A stretch of DNA of 63,436 nt, filler included, from Choristocarpus tenellus KU-1152 (GCA_964200185.2; 10 parts of 10 records of this genome joined end to end with filler, not necessarily neighbours in it); one strand, 5' to 3'. Positions 49,322 through 63,436 are shown, counted from the first letter of the whole stretch. Numbers and translations: made by a program. Notes: generated by a model from the letters alone, not told the origin.

Positions 49322-52300
49322 CCCCCCCCCCCCCCGCCCCCCCGCGCCCGGGGGGGGGGGGGGAGGGGGGGGGGGGGGGGGGGGGGGTAGAGATCGCTTG
49401 GAGGTTTCCTTGTTCTAGCCTTTCTTGTCCTATCCCGCCAATCTCAGGTTTCCTTATGTTCTGATCCATCTCCTCCTACCTTGTGCTTCCACCTACTACC
49501 CGTTTTCCTTTAACTTCTCTATCCTCCCTCTTCTGTCTCCTGCCCACTCGGTCCTTAACTCTTCGTCCATTCCATCTTTTCCTTTTTATCTTAATCATCC
49601 CTCTGTTCCCCACACGTCATTCCTACCAGCATTGTATAGCCCCCAAAACTCAGATTACTTCATAAACTCCCTATACGCACGAAAGGGCACACATCTCTTG
49701 TGGTAAATGAAGGGGAGAGGGAATGAAATTCCATCATTCTTGACTTACAATATAATCCAATATCGAAATGCCAAAATATCAAATATCTACAAATTGTATT
49801 CTATGTGACATTCTTGACATTTGATATCGACCCAAAGTAATTGAGAGGTAGATAGGATGTATCCTTTTGCGTTCTGAGCAATCTTCTTGCTCTATCTAAT
49901 GCACCCTATTTAATTGCACTGTCCACAATAGGATATCCAAATGAATATTCCTCCTTCCACACACAAAGTGAGTCAAGGTATGCTGGAGGGGGTTAAGGTC
50001 CTAGCCTATTTTTATCATTTATGATTTTGAACTTTGTACCTGGGCCCCTCATTGCTGTACAGAAAATTTGTGCATATGCTCTGTTTGGTTGACGTGGGTT
50101 CGGCAGGTGAGACCCTCTCGATAGAGATATTGTCACGGTTTAAAAGTGGAGGAATGTAAGAGATATCAAAAAGAGGAGGAAGAATGACTCTCCCACATAT
50201 CCCTTTGGATTTACCATTTCCCCCTCTACAGTAGAAGTACTCTGACTCAGGGATACCATAATTCAGGGAAAGCTCTTTCTGTAATGGTACAAATTGTGTC
50301 TTCTTTTTTACACTTCTCACGATCCTTAAATGCAACCTTGCCTATCTCTCATTTACTTTGGCTCCCTCCATTCAATTACCACTATCAACAATTTTTGGAC
50401 GTTTTTGACATGACATTCGTCAAAAATGTTTTTCATACATCACAGTTCAATAACGTTTATGTGAAAGTATCAAGGCTCAAAAGCTCTCTGCAAAAGGGGG
50501 CAATCATAATCATCAGACTGAAATCTTCCATGTCAGAGGGTGAGACCAAGTTTCACAGGTCTTGGCCCAGCATCTCAACGTCAGCTGAGGAAATTAAGTT
50601 AAGAACCAAAACGTTATTGTACAACAGATGTCATAGAATGACTGAGCAACATCACAATAGGAAAATGAATCAATCAAATGAATCAATCCGGATCGGAATA
50701 AATATTCGTTCTGACAGTCCTCCTGACCATTTATTTGGTCAAATCTGGGTGCTGTGGGTATCTCTGGTTTTGTGGACTGGTCGATGTGTGTGCAAGTTCA
50801 ATGAGGTGGTTGTTACATGCGTGTGTGTGTGGGAGATCCCGAAAAAGGATCTGTCCCTAAGATACATTTGGATTTGAGGCCCCCCTTTACACGCCGAATG
50901 ATGAGAATCGAGGATGTTCTAACACTGATCGTGACCAATACAAGTGCTTGTAGGTATTTTTCTATGTCGTTTGTTGAATCGATTATTGTATTTTGTTTCA
51001 CAGGTAGGTTCCAATTTCCAATCCCTTCAACACCACACGATTTTTTATGTAAATTTCCAGTGGAAGAATAGAACCATTTTGCTGACACGTGCTAACATTT
51101 TGTGAGTTGAAACCGCTTCAATATTCACCTTACTATATACATTCTAGCCATGCACGCGGTAGGGGGGAGAGGAACTGGATGCTATGACTGGAAAGGGGCA
51201 GTCAAATCCTGCCTACGACAAATAGTCTCTGTGACAACGCAGGTGGCCCTGTCTAGGCGTGGCATGCGTTTTAAACTGGAGTCACCAGGGACTTGGGCAA
51301 GGAGGGGCTTGTTAGATTCTTGGGATGCTTCCCTAGCTCCTCACCCTGGGGTGCAGGAATAGCTAGGTTGGGGGCACAGGAAGGCGGCAGTGGTAACACA
51401 GGTGCCAAATGTCAAAAGGTATAATAGTATACTATATTCAAGGAAAGAGTCAAACCAATTAAGTTGTAGACAACGGTTGCATTTTGAGGATCCTGACGAA
51501 GAGTAAAAGTATCCTATTTTGGTAAAATTACAGGAGGAATTTTTCGGAATTGTGATGTCACTTTGTGAAAGAGGGACTATCAACTTTGCGTTTAGTTGTG
51601 CATATTGAAAAAAGTTTGACAACCTACACATCATGTTTGCTGCTTGGCACATAAAGTACTGAAATAGAGTGTATTCCACATGGTTAGGAGATGGCTTAGG
51701 ATGTGAAAGGGTCCAAATCTGCCTTCCTCTCAATTGATTGTCTCTGAAAGAACCATTTTGTAATTACCTCAAAAAGTTTAGATTTGTTGTTGCTTACTTA
51801 ATTTGTTTTTACCTCACATATTATTGGGGGTTGGTTGAGTGATGGTGGTTTTGTGTTGAATATTGGTCGTGTCCTTCGTACAAACTACACAATATATACA
51901 ACATGACATAGAGGTTACCTCAACCATATATGATTCATACAAGGACTTATGATTCCTTACCTCCTCACCATGGGGTACATGACTAAGTTAGGTTGGGGGC
52001 ACAGGAGGGCAGTGGTATAGTGTATCTGATAGTAAAATATTGATCAACCTTAATCCCTACGAATTTAATGGTTTCGAACCCCATCGACTCTAGACTTCTT
52101 TTTTGAAGGAAATGTGGTTTTTGATTAAGCCTGTGTGGGTATACCACAAAATAGCCACAACGAGATCAAGGTGAAAACATCTGGGTGGGTGCAGGAGATC
52201 CGAGGGAGGAGAGAGAGCAACTGGTGGTGGGAATGTTGAGCGTAAGGCACGAAATTCAAGGCAGGGGCGGATGCAGCACAATTGGTCGTAGTGGAGCAGT

Positions 52301-53199
52301 CAATTCCACGACATCCCCTGGTCCAGCACCCCCGGTGGTCATTGCTGCAGGATAGGATATCACCGCCAGATGCAGTGTTACACAAGTATGTCTCACCCTA
52401 CACCTGTACAAGCCTCCATTATGGTTGATTGACAGGTCAGGCACATAGTCGTTTGTTTTTTTCCTGGTTATTTTCCACTACTATCCCTCTCTTCTCACTT
52501 TTGATGATTAGTATTGTAGGGGTTTTGTTTACTTCGTTGACATCCTTTCAATTAATATTTAAAGTTGAGTGTTCAAATTATTATTGTGTACTATGTATGT
52601 ATTTTTATTATTATGCCCTCTGACATTTTGCAGATGTGTCAGGGGGGAAACCAATCAAAACTATATACATGTCGTTATTAGCTCTAAAGAAATAAAATAT
52701 CCTAAACATAAGAACACTATAAAACATTGTAAGTGTGGAAACCACTAATCAGTTACTTCACCACCACTATCAAATATTGTACTACTGTCTTCCTTATCTT
52801 CCCATCTACCTACTCCTGTGCCCCGTGTACTATGTATGTTGTTTTTGTGGTTGGAATTTCATTTTATCTTTTATAGAATCTCTCCGATCTACTACCCATT
52901 TAGTATTTTGATCATTGATTTGTTTATATATTCAATCCATATTACGAACTATTGGTTAAATATTTGTTTGTTGGGGTAAATTTGTCATGTGAAAAAATAT
53001 TGTAATAATATTTGAAGAGGAAGGTAGGTAAGGAGGTAAAGTGGTATTGATGTAAAGGTAATTCCAATTTGTCAACAGATGGAACAATAAGTGTTGAGAA
53101 TCAGTATGTGATACGAGTCGCATCCAATAGGGAATACGGGAGTATGAAAGCGCACCCATTACGAGGGCTCCTTTGATCCTCGTAGTTATAACCTCAACA

Positions 53200-53299
53200 N
53201 NNNNNNNNNNNNNNNNNNNNNNNNNNNNNNNNNNNNNNNNNNNTTAATTAATTAANNNNNNNNNNNNNNNNNNNNNNNNNNNNNNNNNNNNNNNNNNNN
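53200..53299. other. Artificial contig spacer
   Basis: N44-TTAATTAATTAA-N44. Confidence 0.98.
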
Positions 53300-55443
53300 C
53301 CTAACTGGACACACTACAGTGTCACCCAGGACCCCAATGTGACTTCTATAATGTGCTGGTTTAGAAGGGGGGGATGCATTATTTCACTATGGTGTCATCA
53401 TGGAATAATAATGGAACCAAGCATTGACTGTATCTAATGACAGTAGTAGCAGTAACCGAAGACTTGTATTCATTTTTTTTCCCTCTGTTAAGCTGTCCTT
53501 GACGATCTGTTGTCCCACACAACTAGTTATATTATTGTTTATTACCTTGTACCACAGTTGAGAAGAGAGTGAGATACCTTCCCTAGGTGGGGCTCACCAG
53601 TCCTTACATTGAATGACTTAGAATACCAAATGACTCAACGTTTCTTTAGTACACGTCAGAAACACTCCGACTCTAATAGTCCGCCGATTACTTCAGGTCA
53701 AATACCCCGCCTAAATATCCCGAATGTCCTGCATTATCTTCTGTGCGTACACAAAATAATACTTCAAATCATATTCTCACCAATGGTCAAGCATAATCTT
53801 GACACCCTCTATACTTTCGAGAATATAACATTAGTACACACTATTCTTTCCCATCAAAATCACAACCGAAGACTTGCACGCGATTCATCTTTCCTAATAA
53901 ATGACAACATAATATTTGTACAAGAATATCGTTCTTTTTCTTCTTGAACCACAAGATAAGATTTTGTGCATCAAGATGAGGTAGGGACAGATCACCAATG
54001 CGCAACACTATTCTTCCTCTGACGAATAGGGACAAGTAATGCATATATACGTGTGTGTGTCTGTGTCTGTTGATAAAATGGTGAGGTATCTACTGGAGTA
54101 TATATCGTGTATGTAATGGGTAACGAACAAGGCTATTTCGACAAATCGGGATTTGTCCACCATTCATCAACATTGAGTTGTACTCAGTACATGGTCCGTG
54201 GTACAAGATTTCTGGGTAGAAGTGATTTGTACATCTTCACCACTCCTTTGACCCTCGCATACAAATTTTGTGCATGCCTTTTCTTCTCCTGATTATGTGC
54301 AAAGCACAAATGAGGTCTATCACCGTTTGTCCAACATGGAAATGCCAAAATAATGAAAACAATCAATTAGGGAATACTTCATTGTCCTCCCTAGTCTTCA
54401 GACACATATGAAGAGAATTTGGGCACTTCTTACGGGTTGTGCCACCCTTTCCTTCCTTCCATCATCACCATTGTCAGGTTGCTGTGACAACACTGTCGCA
54501 TATACATAGAACTCTTACCTATAGTTACGAGTGATGACGAAATGGAAGGGGTAGAAATAGTTGCAGGCCTACTGATCCAATACAAAAAAGTAGTTAATAC
54601 ACGTAGGCTATTTTACTGGGTGTATTAGTTCTATAAAAAGAAAAAAATATGTAACAGGTAGTAAGTAACGTGTAAATAATGCTTGGTTTTTTATTCGTTA
54701 CTCCTCACAGCATGCCCTTTATCCTCCGATCTTGGCATGTCTGGTGCATCACTGTGTAGGGACACCTCAGAAAGATCAAATAATAATACCAGAGTAAACA
54801 GCAACGACCACACTAACTGAACCTACGTATCAAAAGTATAAAAGGAAGCAAGCCCTTACTCAATATCAGTCCACAGTCTGAAGATGGAATCCATCAGTCT
54901 GAAGTCCTTTCGACCCTAAAAAACAGACAAAAATGAACACTAAAAAAAGTGTAAGGGCACGAGATTTGTGAACAAGCACGCACTGTAAACTGGAGTGTTA
55001 CGTATGCTACACTGTCCACCTGTGTGCTAATCAGGTCTACCCCTCCTCTCCTTCTCCGTAGTTCAAGCAGCCTCTGCCTTAAATGTAACCAAAACAGTGG
55101 CATGGGTGACAGAACGGCAGAGCTACAGTAGTTGCGCAATGTCCAACAGAAAAAAAACGATCCCACTTACTGTGACGATTATTTGACTGCTACACTCCCT
55201 TAACTTAACCCTATCCTTTGCAATGAGCATGGCTCAACAACAAAAGAATAGCACCAATCTGGTGACAATGCTGTCAATAAGAGATTTCTATGGTGGGCAC
55301 CACGCCTGCAGAGAATGATCCTAGTACTCTGATGATGAGTACACCACACTAAAAACAAATGTCTATCATGAATGATTTACATCTTTGTACTTCTCGCCAA
55401 CCCATCTCTGTTTCAAGTTCGAGTGTGAATATCTTACGTATCT

Positions 55444-58400
55444 TCAGCAGCACGGACAGCTGAGCAGGCAGAGACAACAGGGACAGCTGTTGGTGATACT
55501 CTCCTCCAACCTAGAGAGTGAATGTGCGTAGAAGGGGTGAGACAGCAATAGAGATCAAGAAACATAGAAAAGTAGACTTCCTGGGCGAACACAGCCCATG
55601 CCAAGATTGATAGGGCAGGGGGGTTCAGGGTGAATGCATCCTATTAGCTAAATGCAGCACTAATTATTTGTGGAAATGTTGTCTTTTGGGGTCAATACCT
55701 CTACCGCAATATTGGTGTGTCTCACAATACTCTGAATTACTGCTGGGATCACGGTACAGGCCTACAAAAATATTATTGCTAAGAAACCCAGTATAAGCCT
55801 CTCCACTGTTCTCACAATAATTTACAACAAAATCACGAAGTACACATTCCCTCCCTCTTCGCTGATTTCTACCAAATACTAAGCACTGCTGAGAACGTAT
55901 CAACAGAAGAGCAGGGAAAGAAGGAAGACAAAATCCCAAGGATAGGGCAAGACTTCCTGATACTTCCAAAGTGGTGACTCCATCAAACATGCACAAAGTT
56001 TAAAGTCAAAGATGGGGCTAAATTTCAGGTCTTCAAATCATCAAGAAAACATTGTGGTTGGTATCATTTTCACCCCAACATAAAAATATCAACATACGAT
56101 AAAAACGAGTGCTGTGTGTATCATCACATTCAACAGGAGAACAGGGAGGGATGGGGGGTGGTAGGCACGGAGTTAGTGCAAATTGCAAAAGAGGGGAAAA
56201 ATAAAAAAGATGTCAGCTGAGGTGTTCCTACCTATATTACAATCCTCTTAGTAAAGAAAACAACAGGATCCTCTGGCGTAAGCCCCAAGCAAAGACAAAT
56301 ACATTGTCAACAGCAAATGGTAATGAAGGACACAGTCTCCCACTGACCACTAAGAGCCATCCCAACAATGTACCAATACAGGTAGCACAACACGGAAGTA
56401 CTGCACTACAACCAATGTGAGTACTGGTGGAGATGCGTGCATCACTCCAAGGAAACGAAGATGTATTCAGCTATGTGGGTGAAAGGTCTCCCACTATAAA
56501 AGAAGAAATTGCTTCTCCTCTAAGCCGTGTCATTTCCACGAAAACCCAATAAACAAGACTACAAGCAAGCAAAATACCCTACAACAGATAAATCATGCGC
56601 TCAACAAGTCTCGGAAAACTAGAATCAAAATTACTTGATACAAAGAGTGGTGATGGCAATTTGAGGATCCAAACATATCAACACAACAAGATCAGAAGTG
56701 TACCACTCTTGTCAGGCGAACCCAAGAAGAAGAGGGGAAAAAAAAAACACAAGTACAGTACCACAGTATCTCGTACCTTCCGGGCTTTGCCCTCACCATC
56801 ACCTCAGGATGAACCCCTCCTCCACCACCAACCCCCCCAGTCACTACCCCCCCTCCTACAGGGAGGGCTTCCCCCTCGGCCCTTGGCACACCCCCAGCCT
56901 TTACCATTGGCAAAAGGGATCGAAGCGTGAGGTCATCAGAGTCCAGAGCAGACAATGGGATATGTGCCCCATAGTCCTTTATTTTTTTACCATGTTGCGT
57001 GTCGGTGTCGTTGGTGTCGAGGTTGATGTCATACGTGTATCAAGCCCCCACCGCAAAAGAAGGCATCACCCCATCACCATTATGTATTTTTTTATTCGCA
57101 TGAACGATGGTTTGTGAGAGATATTTGAGAAGCAAAGTAATAAAATGGGAGTTGCACATGAAGAGAAGGCAGACAGTGGTGGAGGTTGGAGGCATGCAGC
57201 AGATGGGGAGGAAAGGGATAGTTGGTGGCAGTGTGCACAAGGAGGAATGGCAGTTTGAGGACCTCTTAGTATTATATTGGTAAGTCATACTTTGAAGTCG
57301 GAGAGGAATAAACTGTGTATTTCTGTGAAACATCTACGGTACCAGGCCAGGGAGAAGTGTGTGTGTGTGTGAGGGGGGAGGGAGGTCAAGGTTAGAGGGG
57401 ATAGTGTAAGGTACTAGTTGACCAGTGATAGGATTCAGTCAAGGAATGTCCATGCTGGTGTCCTCAGAAACTGGATGGGGGAGGGGGGCAAGGATAGGGT
57501 TCAGGGGGAGCAGGACAAGAGATCCACCTAACACCATGTGGATACTTGTGGCAGACATTTGCACGACCCATCAGAGATCAATAAAATCCAATTTGATGGG
57601 CGTGAGAAGTACAACTACAAACATATCGGTCCAGATGAGACCCACAGTACCCATTAAAAGGGAACAAATGGCAGTAAAATAACTACTGACCCCCCAATCC
57701 CATCAATCTTGGCATTAACACCCCTAACTCCAACCCCATCAACTCTCACCATTCCACATACATACATGTCATACGCCTGGACAAACAGTACCAACACTAT
57801 CTAGAATGACACACTTTTCTAGCCCATTTGATTTAATCAAAAATTCCTCGACATATACACCCATACTTCCATGGATACGTGTGTCTTCCTACAGAGGGGA
57901 ATGTTTTGCACCAGTATAACAAGATATTAAAAAAAGCACATAGTTAAAAAGCCAACCCCCACACACCCTCCATCTCTCCAGTAAACCAACCTGTTCCAGG
58001 AGCCCACTGAACTGTGCAGCGGACATGGATGAGAGCCCCAGGTCATAAAAAGGCTTGTCTGGATCCACCCCATCACCTCCACCAGTCCCATCTCCTGTCA
58101 AGCTTTGTAAGATGCTTTGGAAGCGGATGAGAAGGTCCTCGTCAGTCAGGGAACACGGATCCACCTTGAGGGAACAAAAACCGAGTGAGGATAGGGTTAG
58201 GGTTATGCATTGAGGTATGATGATGAATGAACCACACTTTCCCAGGCGTGAAACCCTTCCACTTCCAGCACTCAAGACGACACCTCACCTTGGGACCAGA
58301 ACCAACACCTTCTGCTTTTTCATCCAAAGCTGCCAGACTCTTTTTCAAACCATCTCCTGACGTTGCCCCGGCCCCAGCCCCTGAAGGTCCTGCTATACTT

Positions 58401-60065
58401 AGGAGAGGTTTCAGCTTGCCCTCGAGATAGGCTTTCCTACACCATTGGCGGGCAATCTTGCCTGAGGTGGTCTTGATGTTCCCTCGGGGGGGAAGGAGGA
58501 GCTGGCAAAAAATATGTATGTAAACAAACACATATGGGTAGGACAGTGGATGGTGGAGGAGGGGTGGAAATGGGATGAATAGTTGTATCAATAGAGAGGG
58601 TATCAACAGGCTCCCATTCTTTGTAACTGCCAGTGGCTATGTCAACCTGATTGTAAAATACAAAGAACAAGATAAAAAAGAGTATTGCCAAAACACTTTA
58701 GTCACATGAGACCCTAACAATTCAAACGTAAATCCCAGGAATCACAATAAAAAAGAATATTCATTGTAACTAGCCTGAAACAGTGACTATCAATAGAACC
58801 CCACGAGACCAAACACTCTGTTGTTCTACTATGGCACTAGCACATCACGTCACAACACCACTCTCCACCTACCCACTTCAAAGTGGTTTAAAAACATCCT
58901 ACCAACATGCACAGCTCTGTACAGACACATACTAGAGCATACAAATATACTGCAGAGGAGTTAAATCCAACTAACATCACAGTGGAGGTGCAAAATCTTC
59001 CTCATTCATCAGAGCACTCAACATGATATCATAGAACTATTTGCTTTTAGAACATGACAAACACATGCACAAAAACACACCCGCGCACACACAAATCTAT
59101 CAGGTACCCAACCCTCATATCCCTCTTTCGCCCTTACCAAGTAAGACATGTCAACCCCATGCTCACTGGATACTGCAGTACGGATCTCCTCCCCAAGCGC
59201 TTTCCTCTGTGCCTCTGTACCCTTGGCCTGTCCCAAGTATACAAAATCAGGGACGAGGTTGCATCACCCAGACAAGAAGGAGGAGTGGCAAATAGGGCTG
59301 TTTGTAGGGTTTCACCAGCAAAAAACAAGCATAGAACCACTTCAGGTACACCACGGTTGTCACATTAAAAATAATAATTTAAAAACTGCTTCCAATCTAA
59401 GCATCTAGTTCCAACTGTAGAGGGAGTATAACAACATTGTCGGGTCAGACAGTAACGGTGATCCTGTCATTGTAATTGATCCCATTTGAGACTCCATCGC
59501 CTTCCAACCGTTTAGAGAGTGCAAAAAGAAATATGATAAAAAAAAATAGTGTTTTTTTTATGGTGCCTGCATACTGTTCCCAAGATAAGACATACACCTT
59601 TTTTATACTATAAAAAAGTATACAGCACCTTAACCCTAACCCTTACAGAGCACTACCGTCTTGTACTTCATAGGGTATTTCTTTTCAATTGATGTACTCT
59701 CACAAATAAAATTTCTTGCTATACCAAAATACATTGTGTGTGTGTGTGTGTGTGTATGAAAGCCCTAAATGAGCATGTCATGTCAGAGCCTAATCATTAC
59801 ACACAACCAACCCCCTAGACCTATCCCCCAAGTAACACAGCCCCATAGTTTCATCATATAGACCTGAGGCCAAAGAACCCTTACAGACCTGTAGTTCATT
59901 ATGTCACCCTCACCCTAGCTGTAACCCCACCTGGTCCTCACGAAGCTCCACTGCAAGCACCAGGTCCTCCCTTGCGCTTCCCCCTGGTCCAGGGACACTG
60001 AAGGCAGCACTACAGCCCGGTCTAAGTGATGAATTGCGTCCGTGTTCTGCAGTCCTTTCAATGTC
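55444..60065 (-). CDS. Fatty acyl-AMP ligase-like adenylation enzyme fused to an acyl carrier (phosphopantetheine-binding) domain and a Cys-rich tail; 3' part
   Basis: Exons 60065-59931, 59227-59138, 58501-58289, 58164-57991, 56976-56777 and 55510-55444 splice in frame: DIERTAE..LRPGCSAAFSV..LVLAVEL..IRTAVSSEHGV..LLLPPRGNIKTTSGKIARQWCRKAYL (FAAL-type C-terminal subdomain, A10 Lys); VDPDKPFYDLGLSSMSAAQFSGLLEQDYGAHIP (carrier Ser motif); ends ITNSCPCCLCLLSCPCC*. Confidence 0.88.
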
Positions 60066-60629
60066 CTGTTTTTTAAAATGTTATGAGGGGAGGGTACAGG
60101 AGGGTGGGGGGGAATGAGGATTTGCATTTCCAAACTGATACAAACCCCATTTTTTATGATCATTTTTGTTACTACTGCATGGGAGACAAAATATACCAAA
60201 AATAATTATTGTTCTTAGAGCACCGACAAGGGTATACTTGATACACATAGACCAAAAGTGTTTTCAAAAATATGTCCTAGGGGAGTATACACTATGATAT
60301 GTGTGTAGTAAATGCTTTGAATAATACCACGAGCTTCCGGTGGACGCCATCTGTCATCAAAAAAACCCAGCAAAAAAACCCTACATGACATATGGATTGT
60401 CCTTTTAGGGCACAAAACTGGAAAAAAAAGTAACTCCTAGCGTACTTCAAGCCTCCACTCTTTAATACTTGAATCAAAAAGAAATGAACAACAAAATTTG
60501 CATTCCAGTTCATCCCACGATTTGACAGGTATAGCTCCAAAGCATGACATTCACATACACTACTTGAAGAAAAAAAGGACTTCATTCAAGATAAGCACAA
60601 AACATAAACATGAGCACACAAGATACACT

Positions 60630-60729
60630 NNNNNNNNNNNNNNNNNNNNNNNNNNNNNNNNNNNNNNNNNNNNTTAATTAATTAANNNNNNNNNNNNNNN
60701 NNNNNNNNNNNNNNNNNNNNNNNNNNNNN
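60630..60729. other. Artificial contig spacer
   Basis: N44-TTAATTAATTAA-N44. Confidence 0.98.
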
Positions 60730-61361
60730 CTGCAGTGTTCAGTGAGTGTTGCTCGCGAATGTACAGCTCGTAGGAAATAGTACGGCATGCAGAAAGGGGA
60801 CTTAAAAACCGATCATTGTACTGGGAGAAGCACAAAAATGTCCAATCAAGAAGGCTACCCTCTCAGTGATGATACATGTTTTAATTCCAAAGTACCATAC
60901 ACGCCGTACAAAGCGTTTTAAGTCCAAAGTACCATGTATACAGCTCCCCGGGAAAATTTCTGTGGTGACACAAAATTGTGTTGTTTTCCTCCTCATTCCA
61001 ATTTACCGCTGTTTTCCAACACCTTGCACAGGCATTACCGTTATTGATCTACGTATGTAGAACCATACCCTGTCCGTTTGGGGCTTGAAATATCATCTCG
61101 AAGGACGTTTTTTTGGAGAATTATACTCTATTCCGGATTATTTCTCAGAATGTACAAGAATTGTCAATCTTGAAGCCCATTTTTCATTTTACTCTATATT
61201 CCGGATTGGGTGGCATCAAGATTAGATAATAGAACAATGACTCCGGATGGACGTACGTCACCCTAGGTAAAATGATATAGCGTGTATTCGTCCGAGTATT
61301 GTGTTTACTTCACAATTATACTACTCTCTATGTATATATTTATCTAGTTGGAGATTCCACC

Positions 61362-61414
61362 TCTCTCTCTCTCTCTCTGTCTCTCTCTTTCTCTCTCACT
61401 CACTCTCTCTCTCT
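61362..61414. repeat. (CT)n microsatellite
   Basis: Seen directly in the sequence. Confidence 0.9.
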
Positions 61415-61659
61415 TCACCCTATCCTACACTTGAGTGCTGTATCCCTAGGTTCCACCTGAGCTTGAGAGTACTTTGAATGATCATGTTTGAATGAAAAAT
61501 AAAGAAAAATAAAAAATAATCTGTCAAGAAAGTTCGGGACGATTTGCCATGAACTGTTTCTAGTCTTGCCAACCTGAACCCCCATACAAAGTAGTAGTAC
61601 TAATACTAGTAGTAGAAGTAGAGGAGGACAGGATAGTACAATAGAAACTACCAATAGTT

Positions 61660-61917
61660 GAGTGAAAGTATCTCAGAGGATACGAGTTTTACCCTGTTTG
61701 TCCATTTGGGGCTTGGCTTCCCTCAAGGTGTTTATGATGTTTTACCTACTCCAAGAGCTTTTGGAGTTGGTAAAATGTACATGTTATGAAAAGGTGTGTC
61801 CAGAACAAGGATATTGACATCTCCTAACAAACACAATAGTCAAAATTACATCGAAATCGCAACATCAGATTTTGGCCCCAAATGGATGCGGCTCTACTCT
61901 CTAAGATACTTTGGCTC
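61660..61917 (-). mobile_element. MITE family A full copy, 4-bp TSD (AGTT)
   Basis: AGTT|GAGTGAAAGTATCTCAGAGGATA ... TACTCTCTAAGATACTTTGGCTC|AGTT. Confidence 0.92.
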
Positions 61918-62449
61918 AGTTGGTGCTCGGTACAGTAAGACACGGTGAGCTCGATGCTAAAGGAGCAAAGTAGAGCAACATACTTCCAAGACACCTTTCC
62001 TACATAGTGCTATCCCTGTGACATCAGCAACATCATCAGGTAGTCAAACAGTGTGCAGGGCAGTCAACAATTGCTCAGAGGATGGTATCAGAGATTTTCA
62101 CTTGGAAAAAAAAAAAAATGTGGGGATCTTTGAAAAAAAAAAAAAAACTGATGAGGGGGTCTAGAAAACACGCATGGACTTGTTCTTGCGGAATAGAACC
62201 GCCTCACAAACTGTTCGCGTTGATGCTGAACCAAGAAAGGTAGGCCACATCAGTCCTTCAAACGGCAACTACCAGTCTAACCTTTCTACTACGACAAAAT
62301 CTGAGGGTGGAAAGCTGAACCTATAAAACATCTTTCAATCCTGTCGGTCTCACGGAGAAGGGAGATACAAGAACTGAGAAAGTTAGTGTCCTTATTTTTT
62401 CACATCACAGACATTTTAAGACCGATCCTCTTAATATGTTATTGATATC

Positions 62450-62471
62450 AGGGTTAGGGTTAGGGTTAGGG
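62450..62471 (+). repeat. Short interstitial (TTAGGG)n tract
   Basis: AGGGTTAGGGTTAGGGTTAGGG. Confidence 0.8.
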
Positions 62472-63436
62472 CTGGCTCTTGTCATGTAGATGGGCAAAGA
62501 TTGAGAGTGGGTTGAGGAAGAAGGACCAACCCTTCCTCGCTAAAGTCATCGTCACTACGTGTATGTGGTGTGTTGTGTGTGTGTGTGTGTGTGCGCGCGC
62601 GCGTGTATGTGTGCGCCTCACCCCTCTTGAACTTTTCACAAACTCAACCCCAAAGCCACTGACATCTTACCAGTACAAATCTAGCATTTCAAAGTAGTAG
62701 TAGTAGTAGCCCTATTATTGGTGAGTGAGTCAAAGTAACCAAGAGGGGTACCCAGGTTATGACCGTTTTGCCCTTGAAAGGTAATTTCTTTTTAGCGAAA
62801 TCTCTCTCTTGTGATTGATCAACGCATTTCTATGGGCGAAAACAAACGCCAACCAACTCTTGACTTTTCGATAGCATTTATTTCTTTTTTTTATTATGGT
62901 TCGAAACCTTTTTTGGAGATCGCACAGAAAACTTCCTACACATGCATTTTGTTGTTTTTGTTAGTTTTTTTTTTTAATAGAATAATATTAGACACACTTG
63001 CCAGCGTCCCATTGCCAAAATGCAACCCCGGGTAAATCTTCCCGCCTCTACCTACCTCTTTCCTTCCTTACACCCTCGACTATTTGCTTCAGCCACACTC
63101 CATTGCCCATCAAGTCTCTCTTCTTCTTGACCCCCCAAAAAAGCAGAATGATTGGCGCCCCCACCCACCCCACTCACTTTCTCGATCTCGGAACGTTCTG
63201 AATCTCAACCAACACTTTTTTATTTTATGTCTCACGCAGTGATCGCCCTTCTATTCTATGATTGAATTACTAAAGATTGACTCGAGGGCGTTTGATTCGA
63301 TTCCTCTATTACTGTTGGTAAAAAAAGAAAAGAAAAAAAAAGTGGTCATTTTTCAAACGGGTTTCGGAAAAACATTGCCCCCCCCCCCCCCCCCACCCAC
63401 CCAACACCACACCCACCCCCCCACCACCGCCCACAC

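Overview
Eukaryotic, intron-rich DNA. Short GT-AG exons, TTAGGG-type motifs and the gene content suggest a stramenopile such as a brown alga (inference, not proven). The window is not contiguous: nine 100-nt N44-TTAATTAATTAA-N44 spacers join ten contigs (1-9160, 9261-14449, 14550-21205, 21306-26750, 26851-31234, 31335-34752, 34853-49221, 49322-53199, 53300-60629, 60730-63436), so neighbourhood across spacers means nothing. Recognisable genes, mostly partial: DNA primase small subunit (4 exons); an ABCC/MRP transporter TMD1 region (5 exons, one probable GC-AG intron); the 3' part of a fatty acyl-AMP ligase-like enzyme fused to an acyl carrier domain and a Cys-rich tail (6 exons); a WW-domain protein; an mTERF-like protein; and a 901-codon FG-rich ORF with a 4 x 30-aa repeat. 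Non-coding DNA is dominated by more than 20 copies or ends of related MITEs (families A/A', B, C; TIRs G(A/G)NNNAAGTATCT..., mixed 3- and 4-bp target duplications), which nest in each other and interrupt reading frames. There is also a plant-type (about DD39-40D) mariner transposase relic, a Stowaway-like MITE sharing its terminus, and putative excision footprints. No rRNA, tRNA or CRISPR features were found.
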